From: Saccostrea echinata
Taxonomy: Eukaryota
Direction of reading: 5' to 3'
DNA length: 64,000 nt
NCBI RefSeq assembly: GCF_033153115.1
Contig: NW_026889750.1
Span: 27,280,001 to 27,344,000, forward strand
The notes beneath the pieces are model-generated. The model saw only the letters and a list, made by a program, of their open reading frames with translations, ran no database searches and had not been told where the DNA came from. Below, one piece after another: positions 50,661 to 64,000 of the stretch. Each line of letters begins with the position of its first letter. Position 1 is the first letter of the stretch. Both the position numbers and the translations under genes were made by a program.

Positions 50661-52099
50661 CGTTCCTGAGCTTTTAGGCAGATTTTTGTCTTTACCTCTA
50701 TTTAAAAAAAATCTGCAATAATGTTCTAGTTCTTATGATAAATTTAGATTCTACAATGCAAATGAAAATATATTCAATTAAAGCCCCATAATTAAATTGC
50801 ATACCAAAAGCATTAAGTGAGGAACTATATTTTGTGGCGGAAGGTTTTTTTAGAAGAAAATAATCAATGTATATTTACAATATTGTTAAGGGGACCGATC
50901 CTCTGATAAGAGAGATAACCTTCCAAGTAAAAAATATGAATACTACTCATAGTTTTCATTATCAGAGTTTCAACATCGAGACCCTGGAATACTCGATTCG
51001 GTCAAACCTCACATGTGATGGAAACATTATCTTCTATTTCCTTCACCTATACTTTTCAAAATTGTTTTATTATATATAACAAAAAACATTTAAATTCAGT
51101 GAAAGAATCCTTATAAATTGAATAAGTTCTATCTTTTTAAGGACCATTTTTAAAATAGTTTAATGTTTCAAGTACCAAATGTAGAATTTTTATTAGTATT
51201 ACATTTTTTTCCAATGAAAAAAATATTTATAAGAGAGATAACTCTTGCTAACAGATGTGTTCTTTTCTTACAACTACATACAACATTTTGATATTCTGAT
51301 TTAGGAAGGAGCGCTTTATTATGTTTTCTAATATGAATTCAACAGGTATGATACTAAATATTATTTTCATATGCACCTCATATTTTTAATTTTATGCTAT
51401 GATAATAAATCATTACTCTTTCTATCCTCTGTGTTAAAATTTCTTCATATCATGATCCGACATAAAAATCATTTCTGAAAAATTAAGCAGCGCTTCATGC
51501 ATCATACTGTTTTCCATTTGAAGCTGATGTTATAGCTCTTGATGAAAATCAATGTTGGGAAATTTAAAAAAAATTGTGAAATTTAGAGCAGAGAGTCATT
51601 AGTCCTTAAGTTTGGATTCCTATTTTTTCCATCCAGGCTGCACACAGAATTATTTTGTGCAGTGAACTGTTTTATACTGGTCCTAAATTACATATTGAAT
51701 TAACTGTCATGAATTGTATCATCATGTTTGACAAATATGGGAAATATATTGTAAAAGTCCAGGAAAAAACAGCCCTGAGCAGAAAGGTCAAATAATTGAC
51801 CATGCGAAGTAATTTGAAACTTTTATTGTCACAAATTTTAATGTGTCTATTCAAAATGAAATAAGACTGTTTGTTCCGATAATTCATTTGAATAAAAAAT
51901 ATTTGGGAAAAATTTGAAAAATTGATTTATGTGGTAGGCGTAATTACAGTGCAAAAAGGCCATATTAAATGCTCCGTAGCGCCAAAAGAAGCACGTTAAC
52001 TCCCATTTTGTGTTTTGATTTTTAATTGAGCTATGTGTGTAGATTCTAAAAATATATTTGATAAAAATTCTCATTACTTTTGATAGCAGGATCCAACCT

Positions 52100-52810
52100 C
52101 CTTAAGGTCTTTTTGTAGATAAATATCCAAATACATGTATGAAATAGATATGTCAGACTCTGTGGTATCTTTTATTTAAAGCTCACTGAGATATATCGAG
52201 TCGACATATAAATGGAAGTAACTATTGTTAATTGATAATAAGTCGTCGATATATCTAAAGGTCGAGTTGAAGGCCACAACAAGTGTTTTCTTCTTCTCAT
52301 GTAGAAGTTTTTGAATAAATTGTGCTTCATATGAATACAAAAATAGGTCTGCTAATAAGGGGCGCAATTGGTACCCATGGGAATTCCAGCAGATTGTTGG
52401 AAGATCCGATCTCCAAAAACTACATAGATATTGTCAATCAGAAACTCAATCATCTTTTTAATGTCAACTTCAGAGTACTTGTGTGTACAATCAGAATGTT
52501 TTTAACGAAATAATTTTGCATATGACCAATGACAAGGTAAGTATATTTACGAGTTCCATTTTTATTGAAAAAGCAGCCGTCTTTGATGTCAAAAAGCCTG
52601 GACTTTAATTTGTCGTGTGGAATGGTTGTATAAAGTGTTGAAAAGTCGTACGTTTTTATGTTATTGATTTTGTTAATTTCAAATTTTCTAAAAGTTCCAT
52701 GGAGTTTTTAAGTATCCACATCTGATTTACACCATTTCTCGAATATTCTGTCGTACAGTACTTCTGACGTTTCTCCTTCACTGCTGTAAATATTTTAGTG
52801 AGGAGTAAAG
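52100..52810 (-). mobile_element. Naiad-type Penelope RT core fragment
   Basis: NGVNQMWILKNS, YDFSTLYTTIPHDKLK, GIPMGTNCA, LLADLFLYSYE..FRYIDD. Confidence 0.88.
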
Positions 52811-53449
52811 GAAAACTATTTTCCATTTGAAAACAATTACCAAAATCACTGGAATCTTTAAGAAATATGTTTCTGTGAAATTTCATTACTATTTGATATC
52901 TGTGAGAGTAAGTATATAGCAGAGTCCGCGTAAATTTTGAACAGCCCTTGTAAATACAATATATTTATTAACAGCCTCAAAAAGGAAATGTTTGTTATTA
53001 TCTGTTTTGGCATTTTTATATAACAAAACCATTAAAAAAGGAATGCCAGTTTGTGCATTTTATACATCTAGATTGACAATCAAAACAGTAACGATAAGCA
53101 TTTTCAACAGAAGAATAACAATGATCAGATATAGAAGAATCATTACTATGTTTGTTAAAGATAGAAAGAACTTCTAATCTGATGGATTCTGAACCTATTA
53201 TCATTATTTCTTAGAGTATATGAATGAGTCCCCCCCCCCCCCACACACACACTCTGAGAGAGAGAAAGAGATCGAGAGAGAGAGAGATCATCATCGATCA
53301 ATTCTCTCCTTGCCAGAAAGCACAAGATGTTACAGTCAGTGTCCTTTCATTTCTTCCTGTCCTTAGCTGTTCCTTTGGTGGCATTCCAGCTCGACAATTC
53401 GGCTGCATCTCTCTTTCTCTATCGCTCTTCTCCAAGTTTCTTGGATCTT

Positions 53450-55990
53450 TCTAACGCTCGCTTTCCTTCTGGCTGACCTCTTTCCTGAGAAAGTGACCTA
53501 TCCAGTTTCATTCTCCTTAGTTTACAGCTGACGTTATCCATTTTTGTCTCCTTTCCTGATATCTCCATTTTTTATTTGTAACTTGTTGTTGCCTTCTGAT
53601 TCACGAAATTGTTCTTAAAACATTATTTAGGCGTTTTTGTCTATTTTGGTGATACATCTATACAGTACCTCTGGTCTTACCAAACTTTAAAAAGACGTAT
53701 GTTTCTCCTCATTTCTCTGATGTTCCATATTCTCCATAGTCTATAAAATGCTACCATTGCTCTCCATTTCCTTTTCTGAATGTTCTTGAATCCACCACCT
53801 TCTTTGTCCTCCATATCACATAAATTGGCTTACATCTCATTTGGCTCTTTGTTTACTATGATGACATCTCTATTCCTGTTGTAGTCCGTCCTCAGTGTTT
53901 TAATTTCTGTAGTTCGTTCTCAGTGCTTTAATTTCTTTGCATTCAATTTATGGCCTACTTATAGTTTTGCTGCTTTTGATGTTAATTTTCTGTCTTTTTT
54001 TTTATTCAGATCTTAAATCTTTGATGCTTAGGGAACAATGCCATCTGCAAAATCTAGGTCTTCCCCTGTATTTTTTTTATAGTCCATCTGATTCTTCTTT
54101 TCACTCCGGTGCTTTTTTTTCATCAACCAGTGCACCACAAGAAGAAAAACAAACTCAGACATTATACAAGCCTGCTTCACACCAGTCTTTATTTTTGTCA
54201 CTCTATTTCATTTCTCTCGATGACGGCACATTGAATCCTTGTTTGGAATCCTATATATTTGCATTATGATCCATAAACTCCCTGTGCACTGAGTCGAGGG
54301 CCTTCTCAAGGTTAACAAAATGTGTGTGGAATTGGTGCACTCCATCTATTTGCTAGCTTTAAAATGTTTCTTGGAATCTCTCTGTTCTGTTGTTGCCTTC
54401 CTGGTCCTAATTCTTCCTGTGTCTTTCTTTCCTTTCTTCCTCATTCTTAATTCGGTCAATAGTCGTTTCTGATAACCGAAAACGGGATTACTCGACACCA
54501 CTTAATTGTCTCCCATCTTGAATAGTTTCCAATAAGTCTCCGTTCCCATGTCTTTTATCACGTTTCTGCCTCCCAGATCTTGTTGTAGATTCCCACAAGT
54601 CTAGATGGGTTGTTTCCACACCTGCTTTCAATAGTTCAGGTTCCTATTTAACCTACTCCTGCCACTTTCCTACTTCTCGTTCTTTGCAGTGCTGCTCTCA
54701 CTTCACCTACTGTCAACCTTCTCATATCTTTGTACTCGATTCCCTTTACATGTATATCCCCTATATTATTTTCTGTATTGGGCCTATCAGGTCCTCAAGA
54801 TTCAGCATACTTCAGTAATTTTCAAACTATCTCCCGATCCTATCCTTCTCTGTTTTCAGCATTGGCTGTTTGTCCTTCATTTCGATAGCCATTTTTCACC
54901 AGTGAACATCTTGATGGTATATAATTACTAGTAGTAACTCCTCCCATAGTCAGAACCTTCTTCTGCAGCTTCAGCCTTTCCTTCCGAACAGTTTCTCATA
55001 TCTTCTCTGTTAGCCTCCTTCACTTCTTTGTCTTTCTTTCTTCATATTCTCTTCTTAGTCTCTCTGATTTTGAACTCTTTAGCTTTCTGTTAATCTCTAC
55101 TTTTTGTTTTACATTCGCCATGACTCCTCTCTGTTCTTTCTTCGTTTTTCCCCATGACTTTCTTTGCAAGTTCTATGTTTATTAAACATTTTGTTATCTC
55201 CTCTTCTACATCATCTGAATCAAGTATTATACCTGAAATCTGTTGTTGACCTTTGGAATGAACTTTCTACAGATCATATCACTGCTAAATTTTTAATTTG
55301 ATCTTGGTTTCAACAAAATATTAATGGTCACTGTACACACCTGCTCTTCTCACCATTCTGGTGTCTATAACTGATGTTCTACCACAATTCTCGATCACAT
55401 GATCTCTTAATTTCTGGCGATTTAAACCTTGTTTTATGGATCTTTTTTGTATGGAAATGTAGTTATATTCACAATCATTCAATTTGTACTGCAGAGGTCA
55501 AACAGCTGTTCATTATTGTCATTCACATTTCCTACGTCATGCTTTCTCAATACTTCTTCCCTGACGGTATTATCATCATATCTCACTTTTGCATTGAAGT
55601 GTCTCATTTTACAACTATTATGTCATGCTTGTTACATTTGGATGTAGAAGTCCTCTTTCTCCTCATCATATGCATAATTAGCTGGTGCATTATATACTTG
55701 GGCAATTTTAAGTTTCTTACGCTTGAAGTAGAATCATGCTTTTATATTTCTCTTGCTTACTGTGGCAACTCTATAACTGCTTACTTTGCTCTATCGTTTA
55801 TCATTATCGCCACCCCTCCTTGCAGGAAGTTTATGTCAGTCTACTTGATACAACCCACTCTCAAGAGTGCTGTTTAATTCTTTGATCCTATTCCCACTAA
55901 TTCCCAGAATTTCAGCCCTATATGTCTTCTTTATCTTACACTTGTGCAGTTTTAGATTAATATGTCATCTTGCGACAACATCCAGTAATG
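53450..55990 (-). mobile_element. Highly degenerate RTE-like LINE (endonuclease plus RT relic)
   Basis: GGVAIMIND, endonuclease remnants and ADVYSDH-like motif on the purine-rich minus strand; many stops. Confidence 0.55.
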
Positions 55991-56382
55991 TTATTATCAT
56001 GTTGTAAATTTTGAATTTACTAGGTGGAGGTTAATGCAAAAATTACAACATGATAACTATAGATTTCACGATATTATGCTGTTGGTGGTGGTGGGGGGGG
56101 GGGGGGCAGAAGGAATCCTTTTTGCTTCTGGGCTTCTTACTGGGTTTGGTCAATCACCATCATGTTGGTATCCGCAGCGAGTCTCTTAATTTCGAGTACG
56201 TCTGTTCTTGTGTTAACGGTTTCTATTACAATATCTTTTTTTTAACAAGGTAGAGCTATTTACCCTATTCCCAACCCCCAAAGTGGATGGATAATTAGGT
56301 TCGTCTTGTGCGACCGATGGTTAAACCACTCAACCGAATTCAGTTTTCCTTCTCATGAACGAGCTACAGACCAAGGACTAAG

Positions 56383-56605
56383 TTTGACCTTGTAGCACAG
56401 CCTGGATCCTTGCAGTATCCAGTTTGACATTTGACCTTGTAGTAAAGCCTGGATCCTTGCAGTATCCAGTTTGACATTTGACCTTGTAGTACAGCCTGGA
56501 TCCTTGCAGTATCCAGTTTGACTTTTGACCTTGTAGCACAATCTGAATCCTTGCAAAATCCAGTTTGACATTTGACCTTGTAGTACAACCTTTAACCTTG
56601 CAAAA
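56383..56605. repeat. 47-bp minisatellite, about 4.5 copies
   Basis: Unit TTTGACCTTGTAG(C/T)ACAGCCTGGATCCTTGCAGTATCCAGTTTGACA at 56383, 56430, 56477 and onward. Confidence 0.92.
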
Positions 56606-56729
56606 TCTAGTATTAATATGTCGCCATAGGGACTTGGGACTTGTTGTGGAGAGGCCTATGCACTTGGCTTTCCTTTTTTAATGTTAAACGGGCATTGGGT
56701 TAATGTAAATGTATAGTAAAAGCCCCTTT

Positions 56730-56807
<78 letters not shown>

Positions 56808-56808
<1 letters not shown>

Positions 56809-57562
56809 TTATTTACATTTGCAAATATTTTTCTTAGATGAACCTATTGAAGAGAAAATATGTTCAATTCTGTATGAACTTATTTGGGGGTCAGAGGTCA
56901 TGGCATGACCGAATCACACAGCGCGATGATATCTGTCTACATATTTCTGTCACGGTGACACTGGTTTCGGAACTTCTAACCCGTTAAAGCGATGAAAAAG
57001 ATAAAATTATTGGAACATATATGTTTTTCTTCGTTCAACAAATGATCATTTGTTCTTTCTTCGATGCGAAGAAAGCCTAAAATCACGCTTACCTTTTTAA
57101 CCCAAAATCCCTCTGAAGGTATGTAAACGGAAGACGATAGCACCGCTTTTGACTTCATATATAAAGAACTCATACAATAATAGTAAGATTATTGTCAGTA
57201 GCGATCATTGTTTTGCATTAGGAACAGATATTTCCTGAACTGGACTGCTGAACATCAATGTAAGTATTCAAATGTTGGAGCGAGGCGAACTCTCAAGACC
57301 AAACAGCTTCTAGGTCATTACGCGTCACAACGTAGCAATACGGCGGGCCGTTCGTGTAATAAATGCAGTTCTTTTCAGAATATTTGTCTCAAATGTAAAT
57401 AAAAGTAATAAACAACAATGTTAAAAAGTTCACTGGGAAATGAACTTGGTTGGTACGTGATCAAATCTTCTGAGAAGCCCTTCGGGCTTCACAGGATTTG
57501 ATCACGTGACCAACCAAGTTCATTTCCCAGAGAACTTTTTAACATTGTTGTTTATTTCTTAA
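56808..57562. mobile_element. Hairpin-ended non-autonomous element (Crypton-like), copy 1
   Basis: Internal IR TATTTACATTTG/CAAATGTAAATA plus a ~150-bp terminal hairpin (57407-57556) ending TTTCTTAA. Confidence 0.6.
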
Positions 57563-57747
57563 ATATATATTAACTCTCTGTGTCCGTGTACTGCTATACT
57601 ATAGCCAGCTTTGAAGAATGGGAGCGAGAGTAATAAAGCACGCCAGCATATTAGACGCATCACACAATAGTGACACACTCTATACTCTTTGTTATAAATT
57701 AGAGAAGTATTGAGGTGAATAGCAATAACCTAAAAATATTTTATTGA

Positions 57748-58513
57748 TTATTTACATTTGCAAATATTTTTCTTAGATGAACCTATTGAAGAGAAAATAT
57801 GTTCAATTCTGTATGAACTTATTAGGGGGTCAGAGGTCATGGCGTGACCGAATCACACAGCGAGACGATATCTTGTCTACATATTTCTGTCACAGTGACA
57901 CTGGTTTCGGAACTTCTAAGCCGTTAAAGCGATGAAAAAGATAAAATATTTGAAACATATTTATTTTTGCGTTCAACAAATGATCATTAAATCTTTCTTC
58001 GGTGTGAAGAATGTTTCTAATTAACCTAAAATCACGCTTACCTTTTTAACCCGAAATTCCTTTGAAGGTATGTAAACTGAAGACGATAGCACCGCTTTTG
58101 ACTCCATATATAAAGAACTCATACAATAATAATAAGATTATTCCCAGTAGCGATCATTGTTTTTTTCATTATGAACAGATATTTCCTGAACTGGACTGCT
58201 GAACATCAATGTAAGTATTCAAATGTTGGAGCGAGGTGAACTCTCAAGACCAAACAGCTTCTAGGTCATTGCGCGTCACAACATAGCAATACGACGGGCC
58301 GTTCGTGTAATAAATGCAGTTCTTTTCAGAATATTCGTCTCAAATGTAAATAAAAGTAATAAACAACAATGTTAAAAAGTTCACTGGGAAATGAACTTGG
58401 TTGGTACGTGATCAAATCTTCTGAGAAGCCCTTCGGGCTTCACAGGATTTGATCACATGACCAACCAAGTTCATTTCCCAGAGAACTTTTTAACATTGTT
58501 GTTTATTTCTTAA
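57748..58513. mobile_element. Hairpin-ended non-autonomous element (Crypton-like), copy 2
   Basis: Diverged direct copy of 56808-57562. Confidence 0.6.
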
Positions 58514-59049
58514 ATGATTTTCTTTGAATTTTGAATTTGTAAAGTGTTCCAAACCTAGTTCGGCATATTATCAAACAAATTAAATTAAATTGCTTTGAAG
58601 CTTCCTATTTATTCGTACAGAATAATTTTGTGAAATTCCAATATTTTGGCATCTTCTGCCTTTTTTAATCATATGTCATATATCATTGAATAAATTAAAA
58701 GGATCGGGAAAAGTTCAACTTATTGGTTCCCCTCCTTAAATTATTATTATAATATGTCATGCAAAATAGTTCATAGAAATATGAATTTTATAGGAAATAC
58801 AAGTGGAATTATGTTGTATAACACTGCGAATTCAAAGCTACAGGTTTCATCAATAAATTTGTGGACAGCAGCAAAAATAATGTTATTAATCTGTAAAAAC
58901 AAATTTACATCTCCCCATAATTTGTGTCAACTTTGGCTGAGTCCTCAAGCATAAACAAGCAGTTAAGCATTTGAGTATACTTTTTACAAACAAAAAAGAA
59001 ATGATTTGCCACATGAACAAAAAGGACTATTGATAATATTTCGTTTGTG

Positions 59050-59800
59050 TAGATCAAAGCTGAGTATACAATTTTGTCTGAATTATGTTTGTATAATGTT
59101 TACCAAATGAAAAATGTTAACTTCTGTAGTTAATTTTTTACGAAATGAATTGAGTATGATGACTTTTCTCGCTTCTATCTTTAATAAATTCCATTGTTTC
59201 ACAGCATCTGGTATAAAATTCTAATCTGCATCTTGGAGCAGTGAATTGGTCCTTATAACGGGTATTGTATGTTGATTATTTTTCACTCGTGTGTGGGACA
59301 ATATCACTCAAGTATTCAGGTACTCCATCATTGTGAATTTTGTACAAGATAGTCATTTTTACGACATAGCGTCTAAAATTTAAAGTTTCCCAGTCAGTTT
59401 AGAGTAAAGTATATCTTTTTAAAACACAGAAATTGGAAGTCCTTTCACAATTTTAGCTGTAAATTGTTGAACTTTTTCAAGCTTTTTCGGTATCTTGGTT
59501 AGAACAGCCATCAAACACCTGAAGCGTATTCCAGCAAAGGTTTGATAAACATATGCTGATACATACTCAGGATGAGAACTATTCAACTTGACGTAGTTTG
59601 CATATCAAGAATTTTAAAATTTCATTGAATTTCAGTTTTTGACACTATTTGTAGTAGACCAAATAATTGTATTTGTAACAGTATTATGGCAATTTTGCAA
59701 AATTTTGCATAAGAAGAGTACGTTTTAGGTCAATGAAATTATATTTATTTCAATAAAATAACCATACTTTCCCGTGTACTTCATAGCAGTCAGATTTTAC
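59050..59800 (-). mobile_element. Degenerate CR1/L2-group LINE 3' fragment
   Basis: KPLLEYASGV.DGCSNQDTEKLEK..AKIVKGLP..WETL remnants. Confidence 0.65.
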
Positions 59801-60179
59801 ACTTCTGGTAATCTCCCCTATAACCGAAGGTTCCGATCTCTCCTCCTTTTGAAAGAGGGCATTTAGAGGACTGAAAGAGGGGAGAAGCGAAACACGTGGT
59901 TAGTGATGTACAAATGCATGTACAGTGTACAGTAACACTGGTCAATCGGTTTAATGATTCCTGACCCCACCTCTGTTTCCCAAAGGATTTTCTGAGATAC
60001 TAAATTCATAGCTGTAGTAGAGTAACCCATTTTTTGTGTCGAACAATTTTAGATTTTTTTATGCCTAGCACACCCCCACCCCACCCCAACCCTGAAAAAT
60101 TCCTAGATTCGTCCTTGTCAATACAAAAAAGATGTGTTCATTTTTGAATAAAACAAAATCAGCTTTAACATTGGCTTAA

Positions 60180-60664
60180 GGTCAAGATCTAGTAAATGAC
60201 TTTAGACTAACTTTTTGGTGCTAGATCCATTATGACGTCATAATCAATTATAACTTTCTTTTTCCCGTACTTTACGGCTCTAATAGAGTTATGTAGAAAA
60301 TAAAGTATTTTCGTGGAATTCAATTTGAAATCATGTGAAAAGTAATCCCGATACCTATATTCAATTTAATATCATTTTAAAGAAGAGGTCAAGAACATAC
60401 AAATTATCGTTTTCTGAGAGACTGTAGGCAATCTTGATACATTTCCTTTGTCTGATATGGAAAAAACTCCCGTATTCATGACTGGTTTTCTTAATTTTTC
60501 ATTGAAAATATTCAGTTTAAAATATGATTTTTTGTCTTGTTCATCTACAAATTATTCCCCGAAACACCTATTTGACCAAGCTAAAGTTATAAAGCATCAT
60601 TAAAGGAATTTATTTCTCAAATTTGAGAAACCTGTAGGCACCTTTCATTTACTAGATCTTGACC
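60180..60664. mobile_element. Kolobok-like MITE
   Basis: TTAA|GGTCAAGATCTAGTAAATGA ... TCATTTACTAGATCTTGACC|TTAA: perfect 20-bp TIRs. Confidence 0.8.
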
Positions 60665-63600
60665 TTAACCAAATGTTAACGATGACTTAAGCTTTTACTT
60701 GATCTACTTGATCTCCAGCCGAGTTGTAAAATTTATTATGAAATCATTCCTTTATTTTTTTTTTATAATCATTGAAGTAACCAACAAAATAACCTAGAAT
60801 ATTTTTTTATTACTTAATTATCTCTCTTTTTTTTAAATTCAATACTGTTTTCTTTAAAATTTTGACTGATTTTCTAACTATCCAGTCGAAAGAGTTATCT
60901 TTCTTTAAACATACAGCGGTTACCTCCCGTAATTTATTGTTTACACTCGCTAGAGTGCGCGTTGAAGTTATAGAACGATGGTCTGCTACTTCAGTCTCTG
61001 AAATGGAAATTTAATGATCAACGGGGTTTTCACATTCTCAACATAAAATGAGGTAATATTTGCATGCCTTTAAAGTAATATCCTATTCCTTCCTGCATAT
61101 AACCGAATTCTTCAGTTAACTTCAGTGGTTTTGTAGAACGTAAATATTTGGCAGGATTATAAAGATCTAGGCTGCTTTGTGAATCATTGTTTTATTCCCT
61201 GAATCAAAATGTATCGGTTTTTTTTTTTTGAAAGAATGGTCATTCATTTCAAATGACTTCTTTATCACATGGAGTTTCGTTTTACTACATATCATATTAT
61301 TTTTTGGTCAATTTCAATACAAAAAAAATGTGCAAGAGGTGTTCTATGAAATATGTATGTGTAGCCTCATTGATCCATCAGTATTGAAACTTCCTCTGTT
61401 GGGCCTTTATCATAAGACGGCTCAATAAAATATGTATGGCATGTTTTTGAAATGGTGACACATATGGACGATGCTTGGAAGTGGAGACGACTATTCTGAG
61501 AATTCCTTTATGAAGACATTTATGCACTCAGTTACTTGATCTGACTAAATCAAAATTTATCTGATATATATAATGAGTACTATAAGTATGTATAATACTG
61601 GAAGGTTAAATACTCTTTGTTTAATGTTAAGATTAATTTTGGATAAATTATACAAGGAACATCAATACATATGAAGAATAAATAAATGTCAAAACACAAG
61701 TAATATATGTTTGAAGCTGTACAAATTTTATGGGATGATGTAGGATGCCCTAATTGCTTCATACTTTGCATTAGATGGTAAAGTTTGAATGGGGAACTCT
61801 AAGAGGCTCTTTAAGTCTTGCACTAGATGTGTATTACATATTTCAGTGAACTAAATCAAGAATGAAAATATCCCAATTGTTCTGTCAAAGTGTCAGTTTC
61901 TGACAATTAGTAATTCTGACTTCTCAGTACTCCTCTAATGTCTTCTGTCACTTTCCATAAGTCATCAAAGACCCGGTAGAAATCTTAAATTTATGATTGT
62001 AATGGAAACACGTAACATCCTTCCCCCTTGAATCATTAATTATGTGAAGACTATACATAAGATTTCATCAAGCCTGTGTAGATGTTCCTTGTGAATTTTA
62101 TGTATGTAGAATTTATGAAATTATACCTTTTTTAGTTCTAATAATCCTTGCTTATTATTTTATGTCTTGTGATGGTCATAGAAAGAAGTGATATGGATGT
62201 TTCAAATGTTTTAACTAGCATTGTTATTTTTGGAATGCAAAGCTTTATATATCTGTATAAACTTTGTTACTATCTGATAGTCTCTTTATGCCGAGGCTAT
62301 TGAACTATAACTTGATCACCTTTGCATTTAAATTACCTTAAGCAGAAAAAGAAACAATTCATATGTCAAGGGGTAAAAATTTATGGCATGTACATGTCTT
62401 ATATGTACACATAACCCAACGTGAATTTCCTTGTTAATTTTAAAGTTCTGATATACAAACTGAGGAAAATGGCTAAAAGTACTAACTGTATGTATAGTAA
62501 GTGTATATATCTTTTTTTTGCAGTTTCATTGTGTTTAGTGCTTTATTTTTGTGTGCATGTGCATGAATTAAAGGTGATCCATCTGTTATTTCAAGTGAAA
62601 AAAATTACCCTTTGATTTCTTACTTTGCCGTTACCTGTCATTTTAAGCAGCATTTTGCAATTTGAAACACTTTCTTTTAAAATTTTTAAATTAGTGAACA
62701 TTATGAATCAATGTACAAATGTGTAAATTTTTGAAAACTGCAATGAAAAGTTGCTAATCACATTATAAGAATTTCCAAAATCCAGGTGTGTTTTTCCTTG
62801 ATCTTATCATCTGTTAACTGCTGATACATTTTGTCTGAATGATGAATACTAAAAGGTGATGATACATTTGTATGGGAGGAATTTATTTTATTTGTCACCA
62901 TTTTCTTTGTGATTTCACACAGACAAAACTCTTGATTAAACATTCAGTACATAAATTGGCTTCAAGTATTAGTGTTTACTTGCATGTTAGTTGACAGGTG
63001 TTCTTTATCAAAAACTTAACATCTTTTGGGTTTTTTTTCACTGAGAGAGATTACTTATTACTGGACCTCTATTATTATAGATTCATGTTTTGAGAATACT
63101 GGTTCATGTTCAGAGGATTCTAAGGAAATTGGTTCTACATGTATTGCTCTGAGGGTACTTGAGCAGCCACAATGCAAGGATGTCCAAGGCAAAAGACAAG
63201 ACCATTCGCCCTCAGTACTACAACATGACATATAGCAGTAGTTGTAAGTATAACTTGACCTAGTTTTAAAATTTAAAATTTGATTATTGTTTGTTGTCTA
63301 AAGCAAAAGATTTATTTTATCAAGTCCTTCTTGTCACAATTTATGTCTGCCTGAATTAGAAGGATAGCTGATTTTTTTAAAATGGGAACGTGATTAAAAA
63401 ATTCTTTCAATAAGTTTTAGTTATATCATATTTCCTGTCACTTATTTTTTTTGAGGTGGCTGTTCTGAGATAACAAAGAAGCTATTTTAAAATTATGCCT
63501 TAGCATGCAATACAAAAATGAAAGTACAAATTCAGTGTGGAATGAATGTTTTTGATTCATAATCTCAAAATTCTTTTATGAAAATTTACCTGACTGCAAA

Positions 63601-64000
63601 ACTTAACTGAAAATTATCAATCAGAAAAATTTAGGAGATTAAGGAAATACTTATATTGGCTGTCTTTAGTCAGTTCTTCAAAGGACTTTTTTGCCAAAGA
63701 ACTTAGCAAAAAAGTGGAAAGATATGTTGAAAAAGGTTTTTGTAGCTCAGTTATATTTTTGCTTCAAGATTTTTTTACCTTCCTTTTGTGGTCTAATGCT
63801 TGAGATGGTCTGAAAAGGTTGATATTACATGTAAGAGATACATATAGATTTGGTTGATGATGGAAATTAAGCGGTCCCCAGTCAGTGGTCAGTGTGGTGG
63901 CTATCTGTCCCCCCTGACAGCTAGGTATGAGCAGTGATGATGGTCAAGTAAATGTTATGGTCATCTGGTCTGACTCATTGGTCAGCTATCTACATACAGC

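Noticed and set aside
32340-52810. Intact autonomous retroelement or bacterial-type RT system
   Set aside because: All RT and GIY-YIG segments are truncated, frameshifted eukaryotic LINE or Penelope relics.
53937-55877. Hydrophobic plus-strand ORFs
   Set aside because: Pyrimidine-rich antisense strand of a decayed LINE.
56353-56588. Repetitive ORFs
   Set aside because: Translation of a 47-bp minisatellite whose unit length is not a multiple of 3.

Overview
AT-rich eukaryotic DNA with spliceosomal introns and three N-gaps. The repeat inventory (Helentron-type HINEs with ~166-bp tandem units, Penelope-like elements, CR1/L2 and RTE LINE relics, many MITEs) points to a bivalve, probably an oyster; this is an inference. 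Two host genes are supported, both on the minus strand. (1) The first coding exon of a doublecortin (DCX)-domain gene at 656-1067, with a candidate non-coding exon and promoter about 12 kb upstream (13411-13520). (2) A 10-exon gene (31266-21550, ~640 aa) reconstructed by hand with phase-consistent GT-AG introns. It encodes an acidic low-complexity N-terminus built from small phase-2 exons, followed by a PIDD1/DTHD1-like ZU5-ZU5-UPA module with no death domain and no HFS autoproteolysis motifs. The rest is mostly nested transposon debris. The most notable element is a 356-bp miniature LTR retrotransposon (7267-7622) whose two LTRs each contain a tRNA-like Pol III promoter, with a primer-binding site and a polypurine tract. 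Also present are a Penelope 3' end with a degenerate hammerhead ribozyme, a recurring structured motif at Naiad-type Penelope 3' ends, and a family of long DNA hairpins with G..A-closed mini-loops. All family assignments come from motif recognition by eye, not from database searches.
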